From positions 14,540,485-14,604,484 of the forward strand of contig NC_134027.1 in the NCBI RefSeq assembly GCF_964204645.1: 64,000 bases of DNA, in the 5' to 3' direction. Below the pieces are notes generated by a model. That model was not told the origin of the DNA. It made no database searches and saw only the letters and a program-made list of their open reading frames with translations. The DNA comes from Tubulanus polymorphus (Eukaryota; Animalia; Nemertea). Shown here piece after piece: positions 51,163 to 64,000 of this stretch; the first letter of the stretch is position 1, and each line of letters begins with the position of its first letter. Both the position numbers and the translations under genes were made by a program.

Positions 51163-51891
51163 ATGGAACACAAAGATGAACCAGAAATTCTAAGCCAACC
51201 AACGGGTGAGGAACCAGAAACGATGGATAGTGAAACACAGGAATCAATAGAAATGGAGCATAAAACTCTCGTAATTGACGAACAAACTTCACAAAAATTA
51301 CAAGAACATTTGGATTATCACCAAGAAATGGTGAAAATTCTGAGTGATGTAATACATAATAAACAATTACCGCGCGAACTACAATTACCAAAATTACCAG
51401 CAACGCGACTTAAATTGCTGTTGGGACTCAAAGAATCGAAAACTAAGAAAATGAGTGGAGAAGAGTTGAACGAGTTTTTAAAATCTAAATTAATCATTGA
51501 CACAGATCATTTTGAACTTTTCGGAAATACAAAGTGTAGAAGTTATTTCATTTGCTGAAATTACTGATATCTTTAAAAAAAGTTATAAAACCATATTAAA
51601 TAGAAAAACAAATCACCTATGGGACCACATCATTTTCGGGGTTATCTAAATATAGGGTTTTCAATGTTTGATAAAGAAACTGAGGGGATTTCTTGGGGGC
51701 TGTGGGTTAAAAAGAACGTACATATCAGTGCCGGCTTTGAAAGAAAACTGAGAAGAGTAGGTAGATTAATAAAAGATGAAAAATTCAAAATATTAGGATT
51801 AGCATTTAGTGAAGTAGTCAGATATTTACCAGAAATTGAAGAAATGATTGGAAACAATCCAGTAATTAAAGAATTCTGGACAAAATTATAA
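51163..51891 (+). pseudogene. Polinton unknown gene with acidic N-terminus, probably one frameshifted gene; putative 5'UTR intron 51068-51156
   Basis: Adjacent ORFs 51163-51558 and 51619-51891; gtaagt donor and catcttttag acceptor upstream of the ATG. Confidence 0.6.
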
Positions 51892-52936
51892 ATTATAACA
51901 CTTAAGGTCTTAGATATCAAAAAATGTAATCTCGATTGTATATATCTGTTTTAATATTGTATTGTTTACTGTTAACTGTGTATTGCGCAATAACCGGTCC
52001 GATTGGACCGCTTTTCTATTGTTCTCCATTGTTCTATTATTGATCGTTGTTGACGAAAACAGCTGCTCAATATTGATTGGTTACAGCTCTATGTTTGAAT
52101 GTTGTAGCTTACAGAATAAAAATATAACTGTGTATTGCGCAATAACCGGTCCGATTGAACCGCTTTTCTATTGTTCTCCATTGTTCTATTATCGATCGCT
52201 AAAATTTACATAATAAATATATGTGTTTAAGAAATAATATTTCCACCAGTCGTTTCGTTGAATTGATTTTCAGTTGAGGATTTATTATCGAGGGTCCGAA
52301 ATGACTTATCAAAAGCAGCGAGGAATGAAAAAGGATGACGTTAGTCGAAGAAATGGAAGAGGATTCTAAAATGTTAATCAATTTTAATAAAAATTTGATT
52401 TATAAATGGAAAGGAATGATGAATACAATAAAAAACTTATTTGGAATTGGAAAAATTTAAAACCTCTTGAAAAGAAAGAAAATCAAATCAAATCTAATAA
52501 ACTAGATTTACAGTTATATTTAGAACAGTTAACAAAGGCAGTTAACAAAGAAATTTATTGATCAATGGAACAATGATCCAAAAATGAACAATACGTTGAG
52601 GAATTTGATATCAAGGATCCGAAATGACTTATCTGGACAGTTATAATTACTGCTCCTAATAGATAAACAAAAGTAGTGAGATATCAAATAGAATTCAAAT
52701 AAAATATATTAAAAAAACAATAACTTCAACTAGCCATTATTTCTATTTTAATTTTTAACATTTTCTTTTACAATTCTTTTCAAAAGAGAATACTTTATAT
52801 CGCAAATAAAAAATACTAAAAAAAACAATAACTAATACTAAAATTCTTTACCTGTAACTAACTAGTATTAATCTAAAGAGATACTGGTATCATTTTACAA
52901 TACTTATATTTTTTTTCGCTTTTTTCTCTAATATAA

Positions 52937-53539
52937 ATGTCAAAGAAATCGAGTAAAAATAGTATTGATATTGAAAAGACATTAGATGATTTGGGTATAA
53001 GTGATAATAAAGATACAGTTGTAACTAATTGTGCTCAAGTTAATTGTAATATAGATTATGAATACTATTTATATTGTAAACACCATCTTGAACTATTGAT
53101 TGCTAGCGGAAAGTGTAGAGAGTTTTTAAATAGAATTATTACTTTTCAAGAATTAGATGCTATGAAACCAGATAAAGTAATAAAATATTTTAAGATTTAT
53201 GAAGAGGCAAGATTAGCCCGAATAAAAGATTCTATTTCAGATGGTATTGTCAAATGTTATTCAAAATTATGTAACCAGTTAATACCAATTAATGATGAAA
53301 ATAAATTATACAGTGATTTGAAAAATGACTACTTAGTTATGACTGAATTACAAAAATGGGTCGCTTATGCTTCATTCCAATTAGGATCGATTATGACATT
53401 AATTTCTACTGGTGTCATTACATTTTCGAATATCAAGCCTATGGAATATAAATCAGGTAAGAACGAAACAGATGTACTACAACCAAACAGCGAAAAAGAA
53501 AATGAATCAGAACAAAAATTAACTAAAATAAATGAGTGA
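52937..53539 (+). CDS. Polinton unknown protein, 200 aa, intact
   Basis: TAAATG start; three copies in the window. Confidence 0.8.
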   Translation: MSKKSSKNSIDIEKTLDDLGISDNKDTVVTNCAQVNCNIDYEYYLYCKHHLELLIASGKCREFLNRIITFQELDAMKPDKVIKYFKIYEEARLARIKDSISDGIVKCYSKLCNQLIPINDENKLYSDLKNDYLVMTELQKWVAYASFQLGSIMTLISTGVITFSNIKPMEYKSGKNETDVLQPNSEKENESEQKLTKINE

Positions 53540-53902
53540 TGGAGTTAAGAAAAAGGCTAGATCCGAGAAACAAATTAAATGGACAAGAGAATTAGGTAAA
53601 AGATCTTCAGAATTAAAAAAAAGCTAAGAAAAAGAAATTAACTGATATAAATGAATCACAGACTTTATCTGATATTAATTCAAATAATAATCCATCTAAT
53701 TCTTCTAATGCTGGAAGTAATAATTACTTATATATTACAATTGGATTAGTAACAGTTATTATATTATCCGGCGTAATATAGAAAATCAAAATTCAAATCT
53801 GATGATAAATATGATTCCAATGACAATAAACCTATTATACCAGAAAATAAGTCAAATCATAAAGCCATTGAAACTAAATCTAAATTATTATTAATGGATT
53901 AA
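53532..53902 (+). pseudogene. Small basic protein with a TM-like segment (largely deleted in the full-length element)
   Basis: TAAATG start MSDGVKKKARSEKQIKW..., YLYITIGLVTVIILSG; second copy at 57512-57878. Confidence 0.55.
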
Positions 53903-53908
53903 AATAAG

Positions 53909-54978
53909 ATGAAAAAAGAACAATATTTAAGAGATTTATATTATAACCCAGAGAGTGAAGTATTATATTCTAGCGTTTCAGAATTATGGAATAAAATTAA
54001 ATCTGATAAAGAAAATGGTAATATATAATATTGTGAGTTAAAATTATGGTTACAAAATCAACCAACATATCAAATCCATAAGAAAATGGATAAAACTTAT
54101 TTAACAAGAAAAGTTATGGTTTCATATATCGATCAACAATGGCAAGCAGATTTAATTGACATGAAGAACTTAGAAGAATACAACAAAGGATATTTCTTGA
54201 TATTGAATGTTATAGATATATTCAGTAGATACGCATGGTCAATTCCAATCAAAAATAAAACTGGAATAGAAGTAACAAATGCTTTTAAATCAATATTTAA
54301 AGAAGCTATTCCAGATAAGATACAATTTGATGAAGGTAAGGAATTTTATAACAAACATTTTAAAAAACTATTATCTGATAAGGATGTAAAATATTTTTCA
54401 ACACATTCAGATAAAAAAAGCATCTATTATAGAAAGATTTAATAAAACATTGAAAACTAGAATGTGGAAATATTTTACTGCTAATGAAACATATAAATAT
54501 ATCGATGTGTTAGATGATTTGGTGAAAGGTTATAATAATTCTAAACATAGTTCTATAAATATGAAACCTATACAAGCTAGAAAAGAAGATAATTCAGAAA
54601 TAGTTTGGAATAATTTATATGGAGCATTTGTTACACATGATTTCGGCGAACCTGAATTTAAAATAGGACAACACGTAAGAATATCTAAATATAGAAAAAC
54701 ATTTTATAAAGTTTATACTCCAAATTTTACTGAAGAAATATTTAAGATTAAAAAGATAATATTACCTAAACCATTTGTTTATAAATTAGAAGATCTAAAA
54801 GATGAAGAAATATTAGGTTATTTCTATGAACAAGAATTATCACTTGTACCAAATCCAGATGAAATAGAATGCAAAATAGAAAAAGTATTGAAAACAAAAA
54901 CTCTTGAAATATAAAGGATATCATGATAAATTTAATGAATGGATTTTATCTGGTAGAATTAAAAGAATAAATGAATAA
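53909..54978 (+). pseudogene. int: Polinton RVE integrase, copy 2
   Basis: Same motifs as 35970-37075; frameshift in the A-run near 54415. Confidence 0.9.
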
Positions 54979-55582
54979 TGATTTATTTATATTTGAACCG
55001 CATAATATGTTAGTTACTGGTGTAACAAACTGTGGTAAAACACAATTCATATTAGATTTGTTAGAAACTATTTATAAGAATCATTTTGATAATATAATAT
55101 TATTTTGTCCTACTTATGAAATGAATAAAACATATAATAGAGATATAGTTAAGATAAAAAAGTTTATTATATTAGATCCTAAAACAGTAAAAGAAAATTT
55201 AGATAATTGTATAAAAATAGCAATTGATATTTATAAAGGTTCAAATACATTATTCATTATAGATGATTGCACAAATTTACATGATTCAAAAGTGAGAGAG
55301 AGTGAGTTATGTTATTTAGCTTTCTCTGGGAGACATTTTGGGATAACAACATGGGTTTTAAATCAAAAATATAATTCAATTGTTAAAGACTTTAGGGAGA
55401 ATATAAGATTTCTAGTTTTATTTTATAACAAAGATAAAAAATCTATGCAACAATCATTGGAAGAACATCAAATTATACCTACTGAATTACATGATGAATA
55501 TATGAATAAATTAAAGAATAATAAAGGTTCAAAATTATTACTGAGACTACAATTTCCCTATGAATATAAATTTATAAAATAA
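54971..55582 (+). CDS. Polinton packaging ATPase, copy 2, intact
   Basis: VTGVTNCGKT, FIIDD, SGRHFG. Confidence 0.9.
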   Translation: MNNDLFIFEPHNMLVTGVTNCGKTQFILDLLETIYKNHFDNIILFCPTYEMNKTYNRDIVKIKKFIILDPKTVKENLDNCIKIAIDIYKGSNTLFIIDDCTNLHDSKVRESELCYLAFSGRHFGITTWVLNQKYNSIVKDFRENIRFLVLFYNKDKKSMQQSLEEHQIIPTELHDEYMNKLKNNKGSKLLLRLQFPYEYKFIK

Positions 55583-56010
55583 CTATTTATATATCTATCT
55601 ATCTAATACGTGTAAAATACGTATTAGATACGTATTAAATACATTATTACTTAAAACTCCATTTTTAAAATAAATATTATTCATACAATTTTCAACCAAT
55701 TTATTTTTATTTTTTCAACTAATATATGAATTAGTTTGAAAATAATATAGTTATTTATTATTACTGAGGTTTCAATATAAATTTAAAAAAGAAATATAAT
55801 TTAAGGTATTTTCAAATAATATGTATTAAATATTTAAGGTATTTTCAAATAGTATGTATTAAATACGTATAAGATACGTATTAGATATGTATTAGATATG
55901 TATTAAATACGTATTAGATACCTTAATACTTAAAACCCCCTTTTTTATTTACAATTATTTTATACAATTTTCAACCAATATTATTATTTGAGTTAAATAT
56001 AATTAATATC

Positions 56011-56540
56011 TTAATCACTTTCAATATCATACCCTAACAATTTTCTCAAATTCTCTACCGAATCTCCCTCTAGTTCTTCATTATTTTTATACTTATTCTT
56101 CACCCTTTTTACCACATCATCAATAGTTACTACTTTAAGTTTCATAGAATCTTTATTATCAATATGCTTATCTGTAACTATATCACCATGTGGGTGCCAT
56201 ACGGCGCCATTTTCATTATTATCTTTATTAGTGTTTGCTCCTAATATTTCATTTACAGTGTTTGATTCTAATTTAATAGCATTGGTTAAATCGAATTCAT
56301 TCTTATAAGGTGTTGCTAATAATAAATCTTCATATAATTTTTTACCATTTACTTTTTGATTTGAAACAAACTTTGTAACATATCTAAATGGGTGTTCTAT
56401 AAATTCTTTTTTACCAACAAGTTCTATAACATTAGTAATATGTACCTTTGTATTCATATGATTATTCCAATTTGATGGAGCGTTTGAAAATTCGCCTTTA
56501 CAATAATCACAATAATTTTTATTTTCACTAACATTTAAAA
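56011..56540 (-). pseudogene. 3' half of the zinc-finger gene (homolog of 34360-34977)
   Basis: LNVSENKNYCDYCKGEF...GAVWHPHGDI. Confidence 0.8.
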
Positions 56541-56968
56541 AGTTAATTTGGAATTGGAAGAAACTGAGGCCCCTCGAAAAGAAAGAAAATATGATTAAAC
56601 ATGACAAACTAGATTTACAGTTATATTTAGAACAGTTAACAAAGGCAAAGAAATTCATTGAATTATGGAACAATGATCCAAATAATGAACAATATGTTGA
56701 ATCTTTATTGAGTGGTTAAAGATTAATATATCTCAAATAAAATATAATAAAAATTACATACCTTCAACGAGCCATTATTTCTATTTTAATTTCTAATATT
56801 TTCTTTTGCATTTCTTTTCAAAAGGAGAATACTTTATATTTTGATAAGATTCGAATATAAATTCTTTATTTTAACTAACCTAGTCAATTTAGTATCAATA
56901 ACTTAACTAACTAGTATCATTTTATAATACTTATAATATTTTTTTTCTTGCTTTTTTCTCTAATATAA

Positions 56969-57520
56969 ATGTCAAAGAAATCTAATAAGAATAGTATTGA
57001 TATTGAAAAAACCTTAGATGATTTGGGCATTAGTGATAATAAGGATATTCCGACCAAAATTGAAAATAATATTGATTGTAATATTGGTTATGAATACTAC
57101 TCATATTGTAAGCACCATCTTGAATTACTAATTGCTAGCGGAAAGTGTAAGCAATTTTTAACTAAGAGTATTACTTTTCAGGAACTAGACTCTATGAAAC
57201 CAGATAAAGTAATAAAATATTTTAAGATTTATGAAGAGGCGAGATTAGCTAGAATAAATGATTCTATTTCTGATGGTATTGTCAAATGTTATTCAAAATA
57301 ATGTAACCGGTTAATGTCAATTAATGATGAAAATAAATTATATAGTTATGACAGAATTACAAAAATGGGTTGGATACGCTTCATTTCAATTAGGTGGAAT
57401 AATGACATTAATTTCTACTGGAGTTTTCATTTTCTAACATTAAACCTGTAGTATGTAGAGACAAAAGTAAATAAGATAATATCGAATCAGAACAAAAATT
57501 AACTAAAATAAATGAGTGAT
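56969..57520 (+). pseudogene. Polinton unknown protein, copy 3
   Basis: Homolog of the 52937 ORF with a premature stop at 57301. Confidence 0.8.
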
Positions 57521-57884
57521 GATGTTAAGAAAAAGGCTAGATCTGAGAAACAAATTAAATGGGCTAGGGAATTAGGTAAAAGATCTGCAAAATTAAAAAA
57601 AGCTTAAATTAGAAAAAGAAATTAACTGATATAAATGAATCACAAGAATTATCTGATATTGATTCGAATGATAATCCATCTGATTCTTCTAATAGTGGAA
57701 GAAATAATTACTTATATATTACAATTGGGTTAATCATAGTTATTATATTCTCCGGTGTAATATATCCTAATCTAAATTTAATAAAAATAATGATGCCGAT
57801 GATAAACCTATTATACCAGAAAATAAGTCAAATGATAAAATCATTGAAACTAAATCTAAATTATCATTAATGGATTAAAATAAG

Positions 57885-58956
57885 ATGAAAAACGAACAAT
57901 ATTAAGATTTATATTATAACCCAGAGAGTGAAGTATCATATTCTAGCGTTACAGAATTATGGGATAAAATTAAATCTGATAAAGAAAATATAAAATATAG
58001 TGAATTGAAATCATGGCTACAGAATCAACCAACATATCAAATCCACAAGAAAATGGATAAAACTTATTAAAGAAGAAAAGTTATGGCTTCATATATTGAT
58101 CAACAATGGCAAGCAGATTTAATTGACATGAAGAACTTAGAAGAATACAACAAAGGATATTTCTGGATATTAAATGTTATAGACATATTCAGTAGATACG
58201 CATGGTCAATTCCAATCAAAAACAAAACTGGTATAGAAGTAACAAATGCTTTTAAATCAATATTTAAAGAAGCTATTCCAGATAAGATACAATTTGATGA
58301 AGGTAAGGAATTCTATAATAAACATTTTTAAAAACTATTATCTGATAACGATGTAGAGTATTTTTCAACACATTCAGATAAAAAAAGCATCTATTATAGA
58401 AAGATTTAATAAAACATTGAAAACTAGAATGTGGAAATATTTTACTGCAAATGAAACATATAAATATATCGATGTGTTAGATGATTTAGTTAAAGGTTAT
58501 AATAATTCTAAACATTCAAGTATTGGTATGAAACCTATACAAGCTAGAAAAGAAGATAATTCAGAAATAGTTTGGAGTAATTTATATGGAGCGTTTGTTA
58601 CACATGATTTTGGAGAACCAAAATTTAAAATAGGACAACATGTAAGAATATCTAAATATAGAAAAACCTTTTATAAAGGTTATACCCCAAATTTTACAGA
58701 AGAAATATTCAAGATTAATAAGATAATACTAACTAAACCTTTTGTTTATAAATTAGAAGATCTAAAAGATGAAGAAATATTAGGTTATTTTTATGAACAA
58801 GAATTATCACTTGTACCAAATCCAGAAGAAATAGAAAAAGTATTGAAAACAAAAACTCTTAAAGGAAAAAAGTATTCTTTGGCGAAATATAAAGGGTACG
58901 ATGATAAATTTAATGAATGGATTTTATCCAGTAAAATTAAAAGAATAAATGAATAA
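57885..58956 (+). pseudogene. int: Polinton RVE integrase, copy 3
   Basis: Same DDE and chromo-like motifs, frameshifted. Confidence 0.9.
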
Positions 58957-59523
58957 AGATTTATTTATATTTGAACCGCATAATATGTTAGTTACTGGGG
59001 TAACAAACTGTGGTAAAACACATTTCATATTAGATTTGTTAGAAACTATTTATAAGAATCATTTTGATAATATAATATTATTCTACCCCACTTATGAAAT
59101 GAATAATACATATAATAGGGATATAGTTAAGATAAAAAAGTTTATTATATTAGATCCTAAAACAGTAAAAGAAAATTTTGAAAATTGTATTAAAATAGCA
59201 ATTGAAATTTATAAAGGTTCAAATACATTATTCATTATAGATGATTGCGCAATTTACATGATTCAAAAGTGAGAGAAAGTGAGTTATGCTATTTAGCTTT
59301 TTCTGGGAGAAATTTTGGGATAACAACATGGGTTTTAAATCAAAAATATAATTCAATTGTTAAAGATTTTAGGGAGAATATAAGATTTTTAGTTTTATTT
59401 TATAACAAAGATAGAAAATCTATGCAACAATCATTGGAAGAAAATCAAATTATACCTACTGAATTACATGATGAATATATGAATAAATTAAAGAATAGTA
59501 AAGGTTCAAAATTATTACTGAGG
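58949..59523 (+). pseudogene. Polinton packaging ATPase, copy 3, frameshifted and truncated
   Basis: VTGVTNCGKT, FIIDD; homology stops after KLLLR. Confidence 0.88.
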
Positions 59524-61183
59524 CTCAATATATACTCACTCCTTGCTTATCATCGTTGAGAGAACAGCTATCTTCTGCGAGTTACCAAGAGACATATACA
59601 ACAAGAGAAACTTTAGAGAGCTAGTATTAACATTTAAAACAAACTAATTTTCCTAAAACTTTAGCGATTATTAACATTTTGTTCTTAAATAACATCCAGA
59701 TTACTCAAATAGATATATTTTCAAAACTTTCTTTTCATCACAAAGTACGGTACAAATTCATTGTTTCTTTTCGACTTATCATTATTACTTTTGATTCGGA
59801 AATACATTGTGATCAATAATCATTCTTAAAATCATTATATAACTGTTATACTAATTTTATTACGATACGGGATAAAGCAAAACAACAATGTCTCCCCATA
59901 CTTCCGTTTTTCTTTTTATAGAAAGTATTCGGGAGTATCATGAAGTAACAGCGTGATCCTTTCACCAGTCACATTATAAATACACCCCATTGTTCCAACC
60001 CAACCAAACACGGTTCCGTCTATTCTTAAGTTTATTAAAAGATTCTGAATGTTTGCCAGATATCGCAGCAGAAGAACCGAGAAAGAATTATTTTTACACC
60101 AGGCTGATTTATGGTCAGCGCCGATAGATTAAAGCATCAAACAATAACCTGCTTACTACATCGTTTGTTGTGTGACAACCATTAATAACCACCAACGCAT
60201 TCAGGAAATCAACATAACAAACATTTTTTAGCTACTACGAAATCATGCTGCGGATCAATATCCTGCTGGACCCATAATATGGTCCTTTATTATATTTTGG
60301 TACATTGCACGCGTAGAAACCTATGGTTTTCAGTATTTTTACGGGAGTGCATACTTTTTGGTTTACCTTTGTCAGCAGTATGAGCTTGGCATTGAGCCAA
60401 TTCATGTAAAATCGTGGTACGTTTTTTTTATGTGAGCATTTCTTTCATTGGTTCTCGGCTTGAACGACATATAATCGATGCGATTGAAGACATGGCGAAC
60501 CTTCGTCGATGACATGGTCAACTTTGTTAAAATTCGACGAAAAACTGTTTTTGGCGGGAAAATTCTTAGCTCTTGCGTATAAAATTGCAATGACCTCGAT
60601 TGGGGGGCGTTGTTTCTACGAGCGAATGTGATTGGCTGTTTTTGGGATATACGGGGAATTCCAGCGCTACCAAAATAATTATGGGAAAGCCATTAATGGC
60701 GAACGTTTCATTGGACTAGGTGTCGTAGTGCGAATCTAAAATGCTCATTGCTGGTGAGAATATAATTATTTCACATATCGCCATAGGTATTGTTTCGTTT
60801 TAATACCCGGTGATTGTGTTGTAGAGATAGAAGTGAAGCAAAACATAACTACACAAGGCCTCCACGTGTGCGCGGGAGCGCTAACATTAGAATGTTGCAC
60901 CCCCAAACACACGCGTATACACACCACTATATGGTGATGCAGTAACCCTGCTTGGCGCGTGCACGTTTAGTATGATAACAGGCTGAATAATCGTCGTAGC
61001 AGAAGATGAGCGCTGTGTTTTCTGTTTGATAGAATTTGTAATAAATTGTAATCTCTTGTGACCTGAAAATACTAAGCAGCAAACTATAGGTATAGGTCGA
61101 GGTATGAATATTGTAGTGGTAAATTCCAGGATTTAAAACGATCTATAATACTACGCCCCGGTGTTTTAGCTTCCGCGGCCATA

Positions 61184-61375
61184 CCCAGCAAACACTCAAC
61201 ATAAAATAAACGTTGAGTCGACGTTAAAAACTCGAACGTTGACGAATGACGTTACAATAACGTTTAAATTTGGTTTCCCACAACTTGATTTTATTTGGTC
61301 GTGCCTAAACCAATATTTGACGTTAATTCTACGTTTAGTCATGAAAGTACCATTCGAAACGTTTATTCAACGATA
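61184..61375 (+). mobile_element. End of a non-autonomous EnSpm/CACTA-like element
   Basis: cccagcaaacac terminus followed by repeated (a)acgtt motifs; other end not seen. Confidence 0.4.
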
Positions 61376-61960
61376 GTTCCTACCTTTTTTAAAAAACACA
61401 GTCCATACCCCAAATAATCCAATCCATCCTCTAGTTTTAGTGAGTTTATTTAATCGAGGAATAATTTTCTCTCTAGCAGGGTGCATTATTCGCCAATTTT
61501 AATTTGGCACTATAAGCATATTTCACGTTATCACTCGTTTTGTCTACTTCGTTGAATTGTAAACTCAATATATGTGCAATATATAATGTCTTTAATAACA
61601 TATTTAATACCTGGTACCAATAAAATTATTTTAAATTTGAATTTGAATTTTAATCTGGGATTCGAACCTCACCGATCGTAACGCACTCGTTACATCCGAT
61701 CCGGTACCACATTGAATCGTCAGCTGCATAAAGCGAGCGCGAAGGATACGCACTGGTTTTTGGTGAAGGGAACTTAAATTACTTAAACGACGCGTAAGTT
61801 TAAAGCTCGTATGATAATGCCAAGTCTTTTATAACTTGACTGGGTTAATTCTGTCAAAATGTGAGCCCATGAAATCACAGGGCAAACCTAAAAAGAAGAT
61901 AAATTCACCCGGCCTCTATCCATCCATGCGTGCAACGCGTGCGTGCAAAATGACCAACCG

Positions 61961-62890
61961 CTATCCTCGCTTGCCAGGGTTTGAATGCCTCCCCGAAGCG
62001 TAGCTAACACAGACCCCGCCGTGCAGGACCGGATAATTTTTGAAATAAATAAATTGAAATAAATTTTTGTTGTGATACCGGTACTATTTAGGCTAGGCCT
62101 ACTATTAGGCCTCATTACTGTGGTGGTACACACTAAAAACAGTGGCGGATCCAGGGGGCATGGGAGTTGGCGCGCCCCCCTTTTTCGGCCTAGCAATCTT
62201 GGAATCTTCTCTCAAAAAAATCACAAGATATCTTCAACCCGTTGTGAAATTGTGAGCATATCTCATTCCTAATTTCAACCAAGAAAGTGCTCAGAATGCA
62301 TCTAAATTTTCTAATTTTTCAAAATTTTCGGGGTGGGCCGCCAGACCCCCCTTCGGGGGCTACACCGTCATGCGCAAAGAAGTATAGGCTATGTGAATAG
62401 TGATCCTAAATCTAATGTGTGCCCACTTTTTCCAAAACCTGGATCCGCCCCTGAATCTGAAAAACATGGAGAAACTCCAAACAAACAACTTCGTCTCCCG
62501 TTTTCCCTTCGGCCGGCGATTAATCGTTCAGAACCTGAGTTATCAATTCTTCTGTGAAAAATGTCGGACCAATCCCAATTTGACCGCTCCAGATTGGACT
62601 ATTAGATACACCGCCCAAAATCTTTCGGGCGGACAGGTTGCCACTCAGTGGCCACTAGTTTATGTATTAAGTCAATCAGATGGATTGTTTTTTAATGGCA
62701 GATTAACTATCAATACCACACCTCTGATTGGCTTAAATAAGCTTACAACATAGACTGGTGCCGGTGGGTGCTGAGCAGGAACCTGTCTGCCCAAGAAATC
62801 TTGAATAGACGAATGAAGCGTTAGCGGCCAGGGTTTGTGTTGGCATGAGCATCAGTGGAAGGCAATTAAACCCTGGCAAAGCGAGGATGG
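61961..62890. mobile_element. Non-autonomous element with ~30-bp inverted ends
   Basis: atcctcgcttgccagggtttgaatgcct versus aggcaattaaaccctggcaaagcgaggat; the same end motif occurs at 49843. Confidence 0.55.
62140..62453. mobile_element. MITE nested in the preceding element
   Basis: TIRs cagtggcggatccagg / cctggatccgcccctg; a degenerate relative at ~45602-45865. Confidence 0.6.
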
Positions 62891-64000
62891 ATCCCCCAAG
62901 AATCCTCATGATTATTCCCTGTGTATAGTGTTATTATACAATAGGCCTACAGGGATGCTATGGTTGGTCATTGAACCGTGGACCCATGCAATTGTCTCTG
63001 TCACTGAAATGCCAGCACCAAACCGCCTACTGATTGTCAGGGACAGTCCCTGAAAATGTCTCACTGTCCCTGAGGTTTTTTTTATGCTATTGAAAAAGAT
63101 TATTGCTGTCCCTGAATCAATTTTGTCCATCTAAAAATCGTTCTCATTCTTCATTTAACCATCTTTTTTGTCCCTGTGAGAGTATGAAAAGTTGTCATGT
63201 CTGCTGAAAAAAAATTCATTTTGTTACTGATAGCACTTTTCAGAGGTTGGCAGCCCTGAATATGGCATTTTAATACAATTTAACATTTAGGACGTATATC
63301 AGTATGTATATGCATATTTTGTAACCACAATCAATTGCAAATTTGTAACCCATGACATGCTCTCTGATTGGAAATGAGTTTCAAGCTCATTGATTATTGT
63401 ATTAATTCACCAAGGGCATTGAATATTGAATTCTCAGATTGTCAAGCATTTCACCCTGGACCCCCAGTTAGGCCAGTCGTAGGCTGAGCCTATTACTATA
63501 CAAATGGAGCAAATTTAAATGACATGGTTTTCAGAGTTTACAGAAGGTTTTTCGCAAAAGTCTGTAAGTAAAACATATCAGTTATAAAAAACCAATCAGA
63601 GAGCAAAGCCTTCTCTATGATGAGGTAGTAGAGGGTTTTAAAATTGTGTTTCAAGATCGATTTCTATGAAATCTTTTATTTGGTTTCTTGGAGGAACTTA
63701 TTTGCGCTACAGAAAATTAATCCTTGATAATTGCCAAGGTTCGGGAAAAATAGCTTTTCTCAAATCGGATGTATGCCATAGATGTGCTACTTAGCCATGT
63801 GCTCAAATTGCAAATTCAATCAAATTTAAATCTGCAAAAAAATATCAAATCCAATTCAATGTTACTTTATTGAACAAAAATGTACCTCGTTAGATTTAAT
63901 AAATGTTCCAGTCATGCTTATTGGCGACGCAGATGGTCATGAATAGGATGTGAATATTTCTTTTAGGATTACTTGGTACAAAAATGGCTCAGAAATTAAA

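Larger units (their letters stand above)
50121..59523 (+). mobile_element. Rearranged, TIR-less Polinton relic with a tandemly repeated unknown-ORF/integrase/ATPase module
   Basis: Homologous, in inverted orientation, to 34360-38880 and 1-1250; abrupt ends inside the HNH gene (50121) and ATPase gene (59523). Confidence 0.9.

Noticed and set aside
56011-56673. 220-aa ORF as a novel gene
   Set aside because: Chimera across a rearrangement junction: the first ~45 aa are the antisense of an HNH tail
61655-61700. tRNA gene (gggattcgaacc B-box-like motif)
   Set aside because: No cloverleaf or matching A-box can be built; at most a SINE remnant
59560-64000. Short ORFs at the right end, and antisense ORFs over Polinton genes elsewhere
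   Set aside because: They overlap MITEs or are shadows of real genes; no recognisable domains

Overview
AT-rich eukaryotic DNA (spliceosomal introns; probably an invertebrate animal) that is almost entirely nested mobile elements. The centrepiece is a full-length 18,052-bp Polinton/Maverick (adintovirus-like) provirus at 22552-40603, with AG...CT ends, ~560-bp TIRs and a 6-bp TSD (GGTGTG). It encodes pPolB, penton, a cluster of membrane-type ORFs, a major capsid protein, packaging ATPase, RVE integrase and an HNH nuclease; I see no maturation protease. It sits inside a Gypsy fragment, which sits inside a second Gypsy element (16587-44943; 1.9-kb LTRs, TSD TCCG) that carries an extra zinc-finger ORF in the env position. 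Further relics of the same Polinton family lie at 1-1871 and 50121-59523. The left part holds a BEL/Pao pol remnant split by a 6.3-kb TA-flanked TIR element. It also holds a 4-exon DUF3987-like P-loop gene whose last intron contains an antisense Merlin/IS1595 transposase, itself interrupted by a 50-bp minisatellite. The most interesting signal: nearly all Polinton genes start at TAAATG, preceded by an A-rich or a T-rich core resembling poxvirus intermediate and late promoters, and each terminus is a ~410-nt imperfect hairpin. This suggests an endogenous virophage-like parasite of a cytoplasmic pox-like virus (inference). All alignments and counts were made by eye; no database searches were run.
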